From: Macrostomum lignano
Lineage: Eukaryota
Assembly: GCA_002269645.1 (NCBI GenBank)
Contig: NIVC01001459.1
Coordinates: 186,001-250,000, forward strand
Direction of reading: 5' to 3'
Length of the DNA stretch: 64,000 nucleotides
The translations under genes were made by a program, and so were the position numbers. The notes under the pieces were generated by a model. That model was given only the letters and a program-made list of their open reading frames with translations, was not told the origin of the DNA and searched no databases. Of this stretch, positions 1 through 31,137 are shown piece by piece (within the stretch, counting starts at the first letter, position 1; each line of letters starts with the position of its first letter).

Positions 1-150
1 AGAACTCCGAATCCCAAATGACAGACTAGTTTCTAAATTTCTAACAATCATGATTTCTAATCTCAAAATTCAAAAAACAATCCATTAATTCATCATCATA
101 TCTAAATCCCAAATCTCTGAGAATAGAGGAAAATTCTGAATTCGCCTCAG

Positions 151-1924
151 ATCCTGGGATGACGACTGGCTAGCGGCAGACGATTCCGCAGCGGCAGTCG
201 CAGTCGGCCCCGGCAACACGCCAGTCTCCTGTTTGCTAGCCGAGTTGGCTCGCGCTCAATCGCGCGCAATACGCGCAGAAATGCGCGCCCGAGCCTGGGA
301 GCGCAGATCGCGCGAAGCCGCGTCGCTTTTGCGCGAAGCGACGGAGCGACTGGCCGAGGCGCGGCTGCGAGTCGACAGCGAAGCTGGCGACGCCTCCAGA
401 GCTTGCCAGGCTCTGGGAGCCGGTCTGGTGGCGGCTGGGGATCTGGCTCGGACTCAGGGTCGGTTGTTGCAGAAACTGCTGCTCAGAGAACGCCTGCGAG
501 GTGCACCGCAGGCGCTGATGCCAGCCAATAGGTGAGCTGGTTAGCTTAGATGTGCAACCGACAGCTCAGCCGCAGCTATTGCGCGGCGCATCTGAAGGCT
601 GCGTACGGCTGTTCAGTCCAAAGACTGGGGGGTCGCCACACACACCCTCAATTACCTCAGCTAGTGCTGGCACCCATTTTACAGCTGGGTGAACTGAAGC
701 AATGCAGAGTTAAGTGTCTTGCTCAAAAGGACACAAATTGTTCCGAGTTAGGTCGAGAATCGAACCCCCGACCTTTCAGTCGTGAATCCAACGCTCTAAC
801 CACTAGGCTACAAGGCTGGCCCTCTGGCAGTAGAAATAGCATAATATTACAAGTATTTTTGTTAGGTTTTGGCTTAGGGAGAGCGGCTACATTTGTTTGC
901 GGCAAATTGAAAATTTGTTTTCATGCGATTTACACTGTTTTGTATAAAAATGGGATTTTTTGGGAAAATGGGATTTTTGGGATAAAAATGGGATTTTTTG
1001 GATAAATAGGATTTTTGGGGAAAATTGGATCTCTGAGATAAAAATGGGATTCTTTTGGTAAAGATTGGATTCTTTGAGATAGAAATGGATTCTTTATGAA
1101 AATTTGGGATAAGAACGAGATTCTTTGGGAAAAATGAGAGATCTTTGGGATAAAACTGGGGTTCTTTGGGAGAAATGGGATTCTTTGGAAAAAAATAGGA
1201 TTTTTAGGGAAAAAATGAGATTCTTTGAGATAAAAATAAACTTTTCGGGATAAAAATGAGACCTTGTAGCTTACTGATATAATTGGGTCTTTGTTGCTCG
1301 GGAAGAAACAATTAATGGGACTTATTTATCAGCTAGCTTAGGATCATAAAATCCCTACTCATACTGCGCAATCACAGGCCTAATTACGAGGTTGAGCCGT
1401 CGGACAATGCCGATGATGACAACTCGGACAACTCCATGGCAACCCTGACAGCGGCAGTTGCAGCAGATGCCGCAGGCGGTTCGAATCCGCCTCTGGCAGC
1501 TCCGGAGTGCTCATCCAGCCTGTCCAGCTGCTGCGGCAGCGCCAGCCGCTACTGCCCGATGTCGCCCCTGCTGGTCGACAGCGCTGGCGGCGGGGGCGGC
1601 GGCGGGGGCGGTAGTCGATGGAGCGACGCCTCCTACTCGCATAGTCGTCAAGCAGCTCCTCTACTTCCTCAGATGTTGAACGGCGACCAGCAGGCCGAGT
1701 CCTGGTGGCCTTGGATTCGACAGCAGCAGCAGCAACGGCAGGAGCTTCAATTTGAAGGCAGCGGCATTGCTGCTGATAATCAGGAGACTTTGAGCGGCAC
1801 CGATGGTGGAATGCGCTGTCCCGTTTGCGGCCTACTTGTAGCTGTCGGCGTCGGCGGCGACTCCGGGGTCAGTCGGTTCAATCGACACGTCGATTCGCAT
1901 TTTGGCGGTGAAGGAGTCTGCTGA
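151..1924 (+). CDS. 3' two exons (151-531, 1378-1924) of a coiled-coil protein with a C-terminal UBZ1-type C2H2 zinc finger (TAX1BP1/CALCOCO-like); 5' end not found in window
   Basis: Acceptor ctcag|150/151, donor ag|gtgag at 531/532 (phase 2), acceptor cacag|g at 1377/1378 restores frame (..PANR-PNYEV..). Helical/coiled-coil exon 1; C-terminus CPVC-x16-FNRHVDSHF resembles TAX1BP1 CPMC..FERHVQTHF. Confidence 0.7.
627..812 (-). mobile_element. tRNA-derived CORE-type SINE, copy 1
   Basis: Minus strand: A box tagtggttagag, B box ggttcgattc, then gtcc..ttgagcaagacacttaac..cttcagtt..ctgtaaaatggg resembling the MIR CORE domain. Confidence 0.85.
950..1260. repeat. Degenerate ~20-bp repeat (gggattctttgggaaaaaat)
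   Basis: Visible periodicity within the intron of gene 1. Confidence 0.6.
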
Positions 1925-1999
1925 TCTCAAACTCGCTTTGTTTGGGTGGAGCGGATTTGAGATTATGTTGGGATTTGAAACTGGCTTCTCCATTTATGG

Positions 2000-3010
2000 A
2001 ATTTAAATCCTGGGATTTGGGATGCCCACAAGGGGATTTAGGATTTAGGATAGGATTTGAGATTAGGGGAACCCACTTAGGGTATTTGGGATTTGGGATA
2101 CCCACTAGGGGATTTGGGATACCCACTAGAGGATTTGGGATACCCACTAGAGGATTTGGGATACCCACTAGGGGATTTGAGATACCAACTGGGGGATTTG
2201 AGATACCCACTAGGGGATTTGAGATACCCACTAGGGGATTTGGGATACCCACTAGGGGATTTGGGATACTCACTAAGGGATTTGGGATTTGGGATACCCA
2301 CTAGAGGATTTGCGATACCCACTAGGGGATTTAAGATACCCACTAGGGGATTTGGGATACCCACTAGGGGATTTGAGATACCCACTAGGGGATTTGGAAT
2401 ACCCACTGAAGGATTTGGGATTTGGGATAGCCACTAAGGGATCTGGGATTTAGGATACCCACTAAGGGGATTTGGGATACCCACTAAGGGATTTGGAATT
2501 TGGGATGCCAACTAAGGGATTTGGAATTTGGGATTCCAACTAAGGGATTTGGATAGCTACTAAGGGGATTTAAGATTTATGGAACCTTAAACCTTAAACT
2601 TTTATAAAGAGTATATAATTTTATTAATTATGGTATTATATGGTAAATTATGGGATTTGGGATGCCCAATAAGGGATTTGGGATGCCCAATAAGGGATTT
2701 GGGATGCCCAATAAGGGATTTGGGATGCCCATTGCCCACTAAGGGATCTGGGATTTGGGGTACCCACTAAAGGATTTGGGATTTGTGATAGCCACTAAGG
2801 GATCTGGGATTTGGGGTACCCACTAAAGGATTTGGGATTTAGGATACCCACTAAGGGATTTGGGATTTGGGATACCCACTAAGGGACTTGGGATTTGGGA
2901 TGTCCACTAAGGGATTTGAGATGCCTACTAAGGGATTTGAGATACCTACTAAGGGATTTGAGATGCCTACTAAGGGATTTGAGATGCCCACAAAGGGATT
3001 TGGGATTTAT
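2000..3010. repeat. 21-bp minisatellite GGGATTTGGGATACCCACTAG
   Basis: 7-aa periodic ORFs on both strands. Confidence 0.9.
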
Positions 3011-3439
3011 ATAACTACTTCAAAACGAGGGGATTTCTTTTGCCTTTTGGCTAGTTATAGCCGCAATATTGTTTGGAGTAGATGTAGCAATTTTTATATT
3101 TATAATAATAGTTTTAAGTTGATTTTTTAAATAAGCTTTTACAGTCTAGTTATTTTGTGAGCCTTCAAAATCCAACCGTACACACGTGGCCTACAAATGA
3201 GAAATCTCTTATGTTAATACTCGAGATAATGCATTAATTTGTTTTATGTATTCTGTTTTGTCATTTGGGTTAATTATTTGTTTTAGTTCTGTTCTGTTCG
3301 CTTTTAATTGTTATTATAGCTGCTCCCTTCCGCTTGTGTGACCTGACTTTTACCACTTTAGGAACTGGTTCAAGTTCTGCTTTTACGAGTATATGCTTAG
3401 TGCTCGCTAAATTTTGAGTTACTTTTCATAACAATATTT

Positions 3440-4040
3440 TGTTTAAATTTAGTCATTCTATAGGGTGGAAGTTTGTTTGAATTCAGTCATTCTAATGTGC
3501 TGAGATTTTGTTTAAATTCAGTCATTCTATAGGGTGGAAGTTTGTTTAAATTCAGTCATTCTAGTGGGGTGAGATTTTATTGCTTAAGTTCAGTCATTCT
3601 TATAGTGTGAGATTTTGTTTAGATCCAGTCATTTTTATAGTGTGAGATTTTGTTTAAATTCAGTCATTCTAGTGGAGTGAGATTTTGTTTAAATTGAGTC
3701 ATTATAGTGGGTGTGATTTTGTTATTGTTTAAATTCAGTCATTGTAGTGGCGTGGGATTTAATTTTAATTCTGTCATTTTTAAGGATTAGATGTTGTTTA
3801 AATTCAGTCATTCTAATAGGGTAAGAGAGATTTTGTTTAAATTCAGTCATTCTGGTGGAGTGAGATTTTGTTTAAATTGAGTCATTATAGTGGGTGTGAT
3901 TTTGTTATTGTTTAAATTCAGTCATTGTAGTGGCGTGGGATTTAATTTTAATTCTGTCATTTTTAAGGATGAGATGTTGTTTAAATTCAGTCATTTTTAT
4001 AGTGTCAGATTTTGTTTGAATTCAGTCATTCTAGTGAGGT
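3440..4040. repeat. Degenerate ~35-40 bp AT-rich repeat (tttgtttaaattcagtcatt..gtgaga)
   Basis: Recurring aaattcagtcatt core; about 170-bp higher-order duplication. Confidence 0.75.
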
Positions 4041-4494
4041 GAGATTCTGTATTCTTCACATTCACCGTCGCAGTATTATTTTTTTAGATTTCGATTTGCT
4101 TCCTTTTAAACTATACCAAGCTTCGATTTCTACTTTAAGTAGTCAGAATGTTCAGAGGCCTAATACTCAGTGCCTTATTCAATTACTCGTACAATTTTTG
4201 AAGCCTGTTGTCGCCTTCAATTAAGATTTTATTTCAAAGTTTTAGTGGCATTTTATTACAATTTGAAGTTAATTTTTAATTTGTATCAGTATTAGGGAGC
4301 TTTTACGAGCTATTACTACTTAATTGGTTGTTATTATTCTTGCACCAAAACTTGGTTGTAAAACCAAACTTGCCCATTAAATAAAATGTTTTGAATCATG
4401 GAGTCCCGCTCAAACAGTTCTGCTTTGAATGCGTTTTTAGTTGCAGCCTTAAATAGCTTTTTCTGTCTTTGTTTCAGTGTTGCGTTTTTTTCCA

Positions 4495-5510
4495 AGATTA
4501 GCGATCCATTCTATAGATTAGCAATCCATTCTATAAATTGGCAATCCATTCTATAGATTAGCCATCCGTTCGATAGATTAGCAATCCAGTCTATAGATTA
4601 GCAGTCCATTCTATAGATTAGTAATCCATTCTATAGATTAGCAATCCATTTTATAGATTAGCAATCCATTTTATAGATTAGCAATCCATTTTATAGATTA
4701 GTAATCCATTCTATAGATTAGCAATCCATTTTATAGATTAGCAATCCATTTTATAGATTAGCAATCCATTTTATAGATTAGTAATCCATTATATAGATTA
4801 GTAATCCATTCTATAGATTAGCAATCAGTTCTATAGATTAGCAATCTATTGTATAGATTAGCAATCCATTTTATAGATTAGCAATCCATTTTATAGATTA
4901 GCAATCCAGTCTATAGATTAGCAGTCCATTCTATAGATTAGTAATCCATTCTATAGATTAGCAATCCATTTTATAGATTAGCAATCCATTTTATAGATTA
5001 GCAATCCATTTTATAGATTAGCAATCCATTTTATAGATTAGCAATCCATTCTATAGATTAGCAATCCATTTTATAGATTAGCAATCCATTTTATAGATTA
5101 GCAATCCAGTCTATAGATTAGCAGTCCATTATATAGATTAGTAATCCATTCTATAGATTAGCAATCCATTCTATGGATTAGCAATCAGTTCTATAGATTA
5201 GCAATCCATTCTATAGATTAGCAGTCCATTCTATAGATTAGCAGTCCATTCTATAGATTAGTAATCCATTATATAGATTAGTAATCCATTCTATAGATTA
5301 GCAATCCATTCTATAGATTAGCAATCCAGTCTATAGATTAGTAATCCATTCTATAGATTAGCAATCCATTCTATAGATTAGCAATCTATTGTATAGATTA
5401 GCAATCCATTCTGTAGATTAGTAATCCATTATATAGATTGTCAATCCATTCTATAGATTAGCAATCCATTCTATAGATTAGCAATCAGTTATATAGATTA
5501 GCAATATATT
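4495..5510. repeat. 20-bp minisatellite CTATAGATTAGCAATCCATT, about 50 copies
   Basis: Exact 20-nt period. Confidence 0.97.
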
Positions 5511-6074
5511 CTATTCGTTTTTTTCTCAAGTGTACGTGAACTCGAAAATTAAGCTCGTAAGATACGGACAAGACTTTTATTAAACAACGTAAATTGGTTT
5601 TCCATCATAATTGTATTGGGGTCGCAAATTTTGCTACATGCAATTCAATGTATTTTGGTCGTTAATTTTAGCGTAAAATCTAGATGGAAAACAGACAAAC
5701 AAAAAAGAGTTAAGCTTGTAGTGAATTCGCATGTAAAATGTACATATTCATATAGTTAAATACGTCTATGAAGTACCAGGTACTGTTTCTAATTACAGTT
5801 AAAATAACAAAAACAAATTTTGTTATAATTGTGGTTTTTTAAGGAACAAAAGGAGAAGCTAATGGCACCTCGTCTCAAAGTTATATATTATTGTTATGTA
5901 CAATTATCAATTGAGAGGGTAGAGGGAGAAATTATTCGCTCAAAACGTTTTTACATTAATAGTTAAACGGCTTAAATTTAATTTTTTGCAAATTGAAAAT
6001 TCGATTTGTTGAAGCGTTGTTCCTTGGTAAAAAAAGTCGGAAACTTAGTTATGGTGTTAAACGAAGTTCACTGG

Positions 6075-25671
<19,597 letters not shown>

Positions 25672-26339
25672 TGTTTGTTTTGCTTCTTTTAAGCAGATGC
25701 TAATATAAACACAAATCCTCTAGTAGTTTGCTAAAAAGAAGAAATCAACCCGATCCCTTATGCAACAAAGCGAGTTGTTAGAGTTGTGCACTGAGCTGGC
25801 AATCCCCCATTTTTATCCATATGTCCCAACAGTGTATCCGGGTGCTGGCGTACTGAATCTCTCCCCAGTTTCTCTCCCCTCCCTTCCCTTTCTCTCAGCC
25901 TCCCTATAGCGCCATCCCTGCCTCTTAGCCAATCCACTTTGCTGGCTGGGGCGCATTGTGAAAGGGGTCAGGGCTGCAACTGAAGAACTCTGCAGCCTTA
26001 AGCACTGATGCTGCTTATAGTTTGTCCAAGCAGAAAGCAATTGTCTGATTGCCTGTTTATTGTCATCAGTTGCTGCACTTGCAACCCTACTGTAGTACAT
26101 AATAGCTCTGCTCAAGCATTCAAAATTGCCTTTTTTGGGATTGAGATGAACTAACGCGCAATATTCGCATGTAGTTCACTCAGCGAATCGATTAAGGGTT
26201 CCTGAAACTGTGGAAGGTTATCGGCTCAGGGTTGGTAACAGGCCATTATATACCGGGTGATATAGGAAGGATATCGGATGAGATAGGGAGCATAAAGGGT
26301 TAGACAGGAGAGACAAGTGAGAGACAAGAGAATGGGTGA

Positions 26340-26870
26340 GACAAGAGAGATACCGGATAAGACATGAGAGATACCGGGTGAGACAAGAGAGATACCGGGT
26401 GAGACATGAGAGATACCGGGTGAGACAAGAGAGATACCGGGTGAGACATGAGAGATACCGGATAAGACATGAGAGATACCGGGTGAGACAAGAGAGATAC
26501 CGGGTGAGACATGAGAGATACCGGGTGAGACAAGAGAGATACCGGATAAGACATGAGAGATACCGGATAAGACATGAGAGATACCGGGTGAGACAAGAGA
26601 GATACCGGGTGAGACATGAGAGATACCGGGTGAGACAAGAGAGATACCGGGTGAGACATGAGAGATACCGGGTGAGACAAGAGAGATACCGGATAAGACA
26701 TGAGAGATACCGGGTGGGACAAAAGAGATACCGGGTGGGACAAAAGAGATACCGGGTGAGACCATACAGAATAGATACCGGGTGAGACCATACAGAATAG
26801 ATACCGGGTGAGACCATACAGAATAGATACCGGGTGAGACCATACAGAATAGATACCGGGTGAGACAAGG
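26340..26870. repeat. 21-bp minisatellite GAGAGATACCGGGTGAGACAA
   Basis: 7-aa periodic ORFs. Confidence 0.92.
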
Positions 26871-27699
26871 TTGAGAGATACTGCATGGGTCTAAAAATGA
26901 GAGATACCGGGTTGAATTGAAACGGGGGAGATACCTGTGAATGAGAGAAACTCCGATAAAACAAAGACCAGTGCAAAACAGTAAAAGTACATATACATAC
27001 ATTTTACACGGTAATTTCAAAGATCGTATAATATGGGAAAGAAATTGGCTCAATCAAGACAATTTGCAGTCTGCTCTAACTTGAGGTGTTACAGTGCCAA
27101 TGAGAAAGAATTGTAGCTAGCTAGTGCAGAAGACTGTGAAGCATCAATAGAGAAATCCTACATAGTGCAGACGACGCGCCTTAATTCTCTCGAGCATATA
27201 GGGGCTAAACTGCATTTTTCTACTGATGCATGGTTGAATATTGTATACGCTTGATTAATCAGCAAACTAATTAATGAGAAGCAATTAGCAGCAATATTTG
27301 CGGTACTTATGACTTATGGTTGAGTGAATTTAATGGTATTTACGATCTACACGTATGTAGATATGTAGATACACATATATGGAATTAGAATCTTTCTCTT
27401 TTGACTAATTAATTCTGTATTTGTACGTGTAGGTAGGAATTCAGGTCGTCAGCTCTACATCCAAATACATGTAATAGGAGGACAGTGTATTGTTGGTTGT
27501 GTGTGGCAATGCTGCATACAATTAAATGTTACATGTAGGTGACAATTCAATTAACTGCATGTGGGAAACTATATGCGGGCAGTGTGTGTAGCTTGCTTGC
27601 ATCTCAGGCCGGGGCTCCAACCCGCTGTGATTTTTTATTGGGTAAGGCGCTCTGCCTGTGTAACTGCTGTATACATGTATATAGTGCCGCGTCTTGGGG

Positions 27700-28175
27700 G
27701 TTTTCATTTTGGGGGTATTTCATTTAGCTGGCGATGGGTAATTTCATCTTGGGGTATTTTGGGGGTATTTCATTTAGCTGCTGGCGATGGGTAATTTCAT
27801 CTTGGGGTATTTTGGGGGTATTTCATTTAGCTGGCGATGGGTAATTCCATCATCTTGGGGTATTTTGGGGGTATTTCATTTAGCTGGCGATGGGTAATTT
27901 CATCTTGGGGTATTTTGGGGGTATTTCATTTAGCTGCTGGCGATGGGTAATTTCATCTTGGGGTATTTTGGGGGTATTTCATTTAGCTGGCGATGGGTAA
28001 TTCCATCTTGGGGTATTTTGGGGGTATTTCATTTAGCTGGCGATGGGTAATTTCATCTTGGGGTATTTTGGGGGTATTTCATTTAGCTGGCGATGGGTAA
28101 TTTCATCTTGGGGTATTTTGGGGGCATTTCATTTTGGGGTATTTTGGGGATATTTCATTTTGGAGTTAATTTCAT
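27700..28175. repeat. ~50-bp tandem repeat (ggggtattttgggggtatttcatttagctggcgatgggtaatttcatctt)
   Basis: 50/53-nt units. Confidence 0.9.
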
Positions 28176-28461
28176 TTGAGAGCTGGCGCTGCATCAGCCA
28201 TATGCCACTGCGCGTAAACCTTCATGTAGATATTTGCATAAAGCACCTCTATCAGCAGCATGCGGTGGAAGCAGCAAAGTTTATATCTAAAATTGTCAGC
28301 CATTATTCTCTCTACAATTTATATATTTATTAATCTCAATTGTGTATGAATTTTTATACATAATTGATCCATGCAATAATAAATGTACAGTGCAGAGAAT
28401 GCGCTCTCTCGCGAAAAAACTCGATTTGCAGTTGCAGTGCATATCAATCTACCATGTAAAC

Positions 28462-28764
28462 CAGGGGCGTCGCCATGAATTTTATGGTGGGGAGGGGCGG
28501 ACAAAGCCAAGAATTCAACATTATGTACATGACTAACTTTTGGCACTCATTTTGGCGTTGCAGGCACTCATTTTGGCACCGCAGGCACTCATTTTAGCGC
28601 CACAGTCATTCATTTTAGCGCTGCATGCACTCATTTTGGCGCCGAAGGCGCTATATTTTGGCGCCCTGAAGAGATACTATTGATTACCACAACGACTCAC
28701 AACGTGGGTGGGGGGGACAAAGCATTGGCATGTCCCCCCTGTCCCCCCGGTGGCGACGCGCCTG
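28462..28764. mobile_element. Probable MITE (hAT-like) with an internal 19-bp tandem repeat
   Basis: Imperfect 14-bp TIR caggggcgtcgcca / tggcgacgcgcctg; degenerate flank duplication catgtaaac / tatgtaac; internal (cactcattttggcgccgcagg)-like repeats 28540-28665. Confidence 0.6.
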
Positions 28765-30736
28765 TATGTAACGCAAGCTAGGACGCCCATGTACGGATGG
28801 GCGTTATTCCTAGTAGCTGTAAATTCAAATTTACGATGTTAAATAAATAAGAAATCACAGACTTATCTCTAGCTCTTTGAAATCAAATGCTTTTCTAAGG
28901 ACCACTCTATATAACTGTTTTATACCGTGATCGTTGTGCTCTACTCGACATGGTTAGTTTGTGAGCAATTGTTATATTAACTTATCTTTATACTTAAAAG
29001 AACTTTTGATAACACGTAAATATAAAAGGTAAAAATTATTTTTTAACAATTTCTACAAACATTTGTTTAAACCTTTAAAAGACAAACTAGTCGAATTTAA
29101 CTCAAATTTTTTTGTAAGAAATAGAAAAGGAAATCCGAAGTAAGTTGAACTGGGTATCGTCGTCTGCATGTGCGTGTTGTTGAATGTTGACTCGAAAGTT
29201 GGTTTTTGCATTCTTTAGATGGTTTGAAAGTCAAGACAAGGTGACTATGTTTTGTTTATAGTCGCAGTTTAATTTTTACGGGAAATGCTACTGATAATTT
29301 CAATATGTTGCTTAGCTTAGTTTTTGAATTTTATTTTATCGGCTTGGCTGGCTTGCGACTGTCAGGAATTTTAAATTTGCAGCCTGATACGGACTACTTA
29401 CGTGTTATAACTTATAATGCCACTGTCAGTCATTGCTATCATTAAGTATGTCTTTCATATCAAGTAGTTATATTTTCAACATAGCTTAGATAGACTAATT
29501 GAATTAATCTAGTAATAGGTCTAATATTTTTGCAGGCTTGCACTTCCACTTGCAGCTTGCTTATAATTATAAAATTATACTTTATGCTGCAGTAGCAGTA
29601 GGTAGGCTTAGTGAACTCACTATTGTCATTGATTGTCAGGTCAAATTTTGTGCAGTTAATGTTTTTAATAAACTTGTCATGATTTTTAAAAATTTTCTAT
29701 TGATATCTTTGACTTGTCTTTAACTCTATTGCCAGTGTTGGAATAAATATGTAGCCATAGCAGATGCCTATATTTTTGCACCTTACTAAGAATCTTGGTA
29801 TACAATATTTAGGTCCAATATTACCAAACACAATTATTATAGTTTTATACAAAAATGGCCAAGTTTGGGTTTGGCTATAGTATATAATATAATATAGCTA
29901 ACTTTTGATCAAAAAAGCTCTTTTATCAAAATAAAAACTAAGCTGAAATAGTAAGCACCTTACAAAGAAAGTGTACTTATAAAACTAAAATAGCTTTTGC
30001 TTCTATGTAAAAAGTTATATAAGCAAGTTTTTTGGCAAAATTTAATTTTATAATTATAGCAGCCTAAGCCTTAAAAAATTTTTTTTGATCTAGATTATAG
30101 ATTATTAGATTTTAAACATTTATTCCATTTGACTAGGCCTATAATAAAATTTTAACTTTACTTTTAATTGAATTCTATCACAAATAATTTATAATGCAAC
30201 TTTGTCTTTCAAAACAACTCAATGAAGTATGGTATAGTATATCTAAGATCTAAAATTATAATATTCTTTCAATAACCATAAGAAATTTAAAATAATCATC
30301 ATATTATAAAGGATAGATATGTAGTATTATTAAACTATATTAAATAAATGATGTCCCTAAGTCCAACACTTAAAAAGCTAAGCAAAAGAATGTATCATGT
30401 AATTGACGAGATTGAATCTATAGAATTAAAGTACAAGTGTCATATGTAGCTTAAATTATCAATTTAAATAATGGCTTATATTACTATGACCTAGGTTGTA
30501 CTTATAGTAATAGTGATATTTAAGTCTAGGCTTTTTAATATTGCTTTGTTTAATAATTTTTTAAATCATACTAATTTTACCTTTTACATTATTCAATTTA
30601 CTATACAAATTTCAGTGCACATTATGCGATGACTTGAAGTTGTTTGCAACTTCAAAAATTATTGTTTTTAAAAATACTATTGCTGTCACATACTTAAAGA
30701 TTACTGACTGAAAAAGCAACTTGATAGAAAAAACAC

Positions 30737-31137
30737 ATGGGCTGCTCTTATTCCAAGCAGTCTGTGGCAGGTGTTGAGAGAAACCAGCCTCAACAGGTGA
30801 ATCTGCAGCAAGCAGCCATTGCCAATGGAGCTAGCAGTGCATCTGCTCAGGCCACAGATCTCACCGATATTCAAGTTGAAGAACTATGGCCAAAATTCAT
30901 CCAGGCCATAGACATAACTGCAGATCGAGCCAGGGACATGGCTGCTCTGGATAATGATAAAAAACGACAGGCTGTGCAAAACTGGCTGAAATCTGTGCAA
31001 CCTGGTCAGAACAGCCACACTGTGGGATATTATGTAACCCAGCTGCAGCGCTGCATCAGACACGGGTCTGCTGTTAGTGGAGAGAAAATCGATCTGATTC
31101 GCAGCTTGGAGAATAGTTTGAGAACTTATTCTGTTCA
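30737..31137 (+). CDS. FMNL: FMNL exon 1 (MGC N-terminus, GBD start)
   Basis: ALDNDKKRQ..LIRSLENSLRTYSV; donor ca|gtgagt. Confidence 0.85.

Noticed and set aside
740-812. Functional tRNA gene
   Set aside because: A/B boxes present but no complete cloverleaf; continues into the CORE domain and recurs three times, so it is a SINE head.
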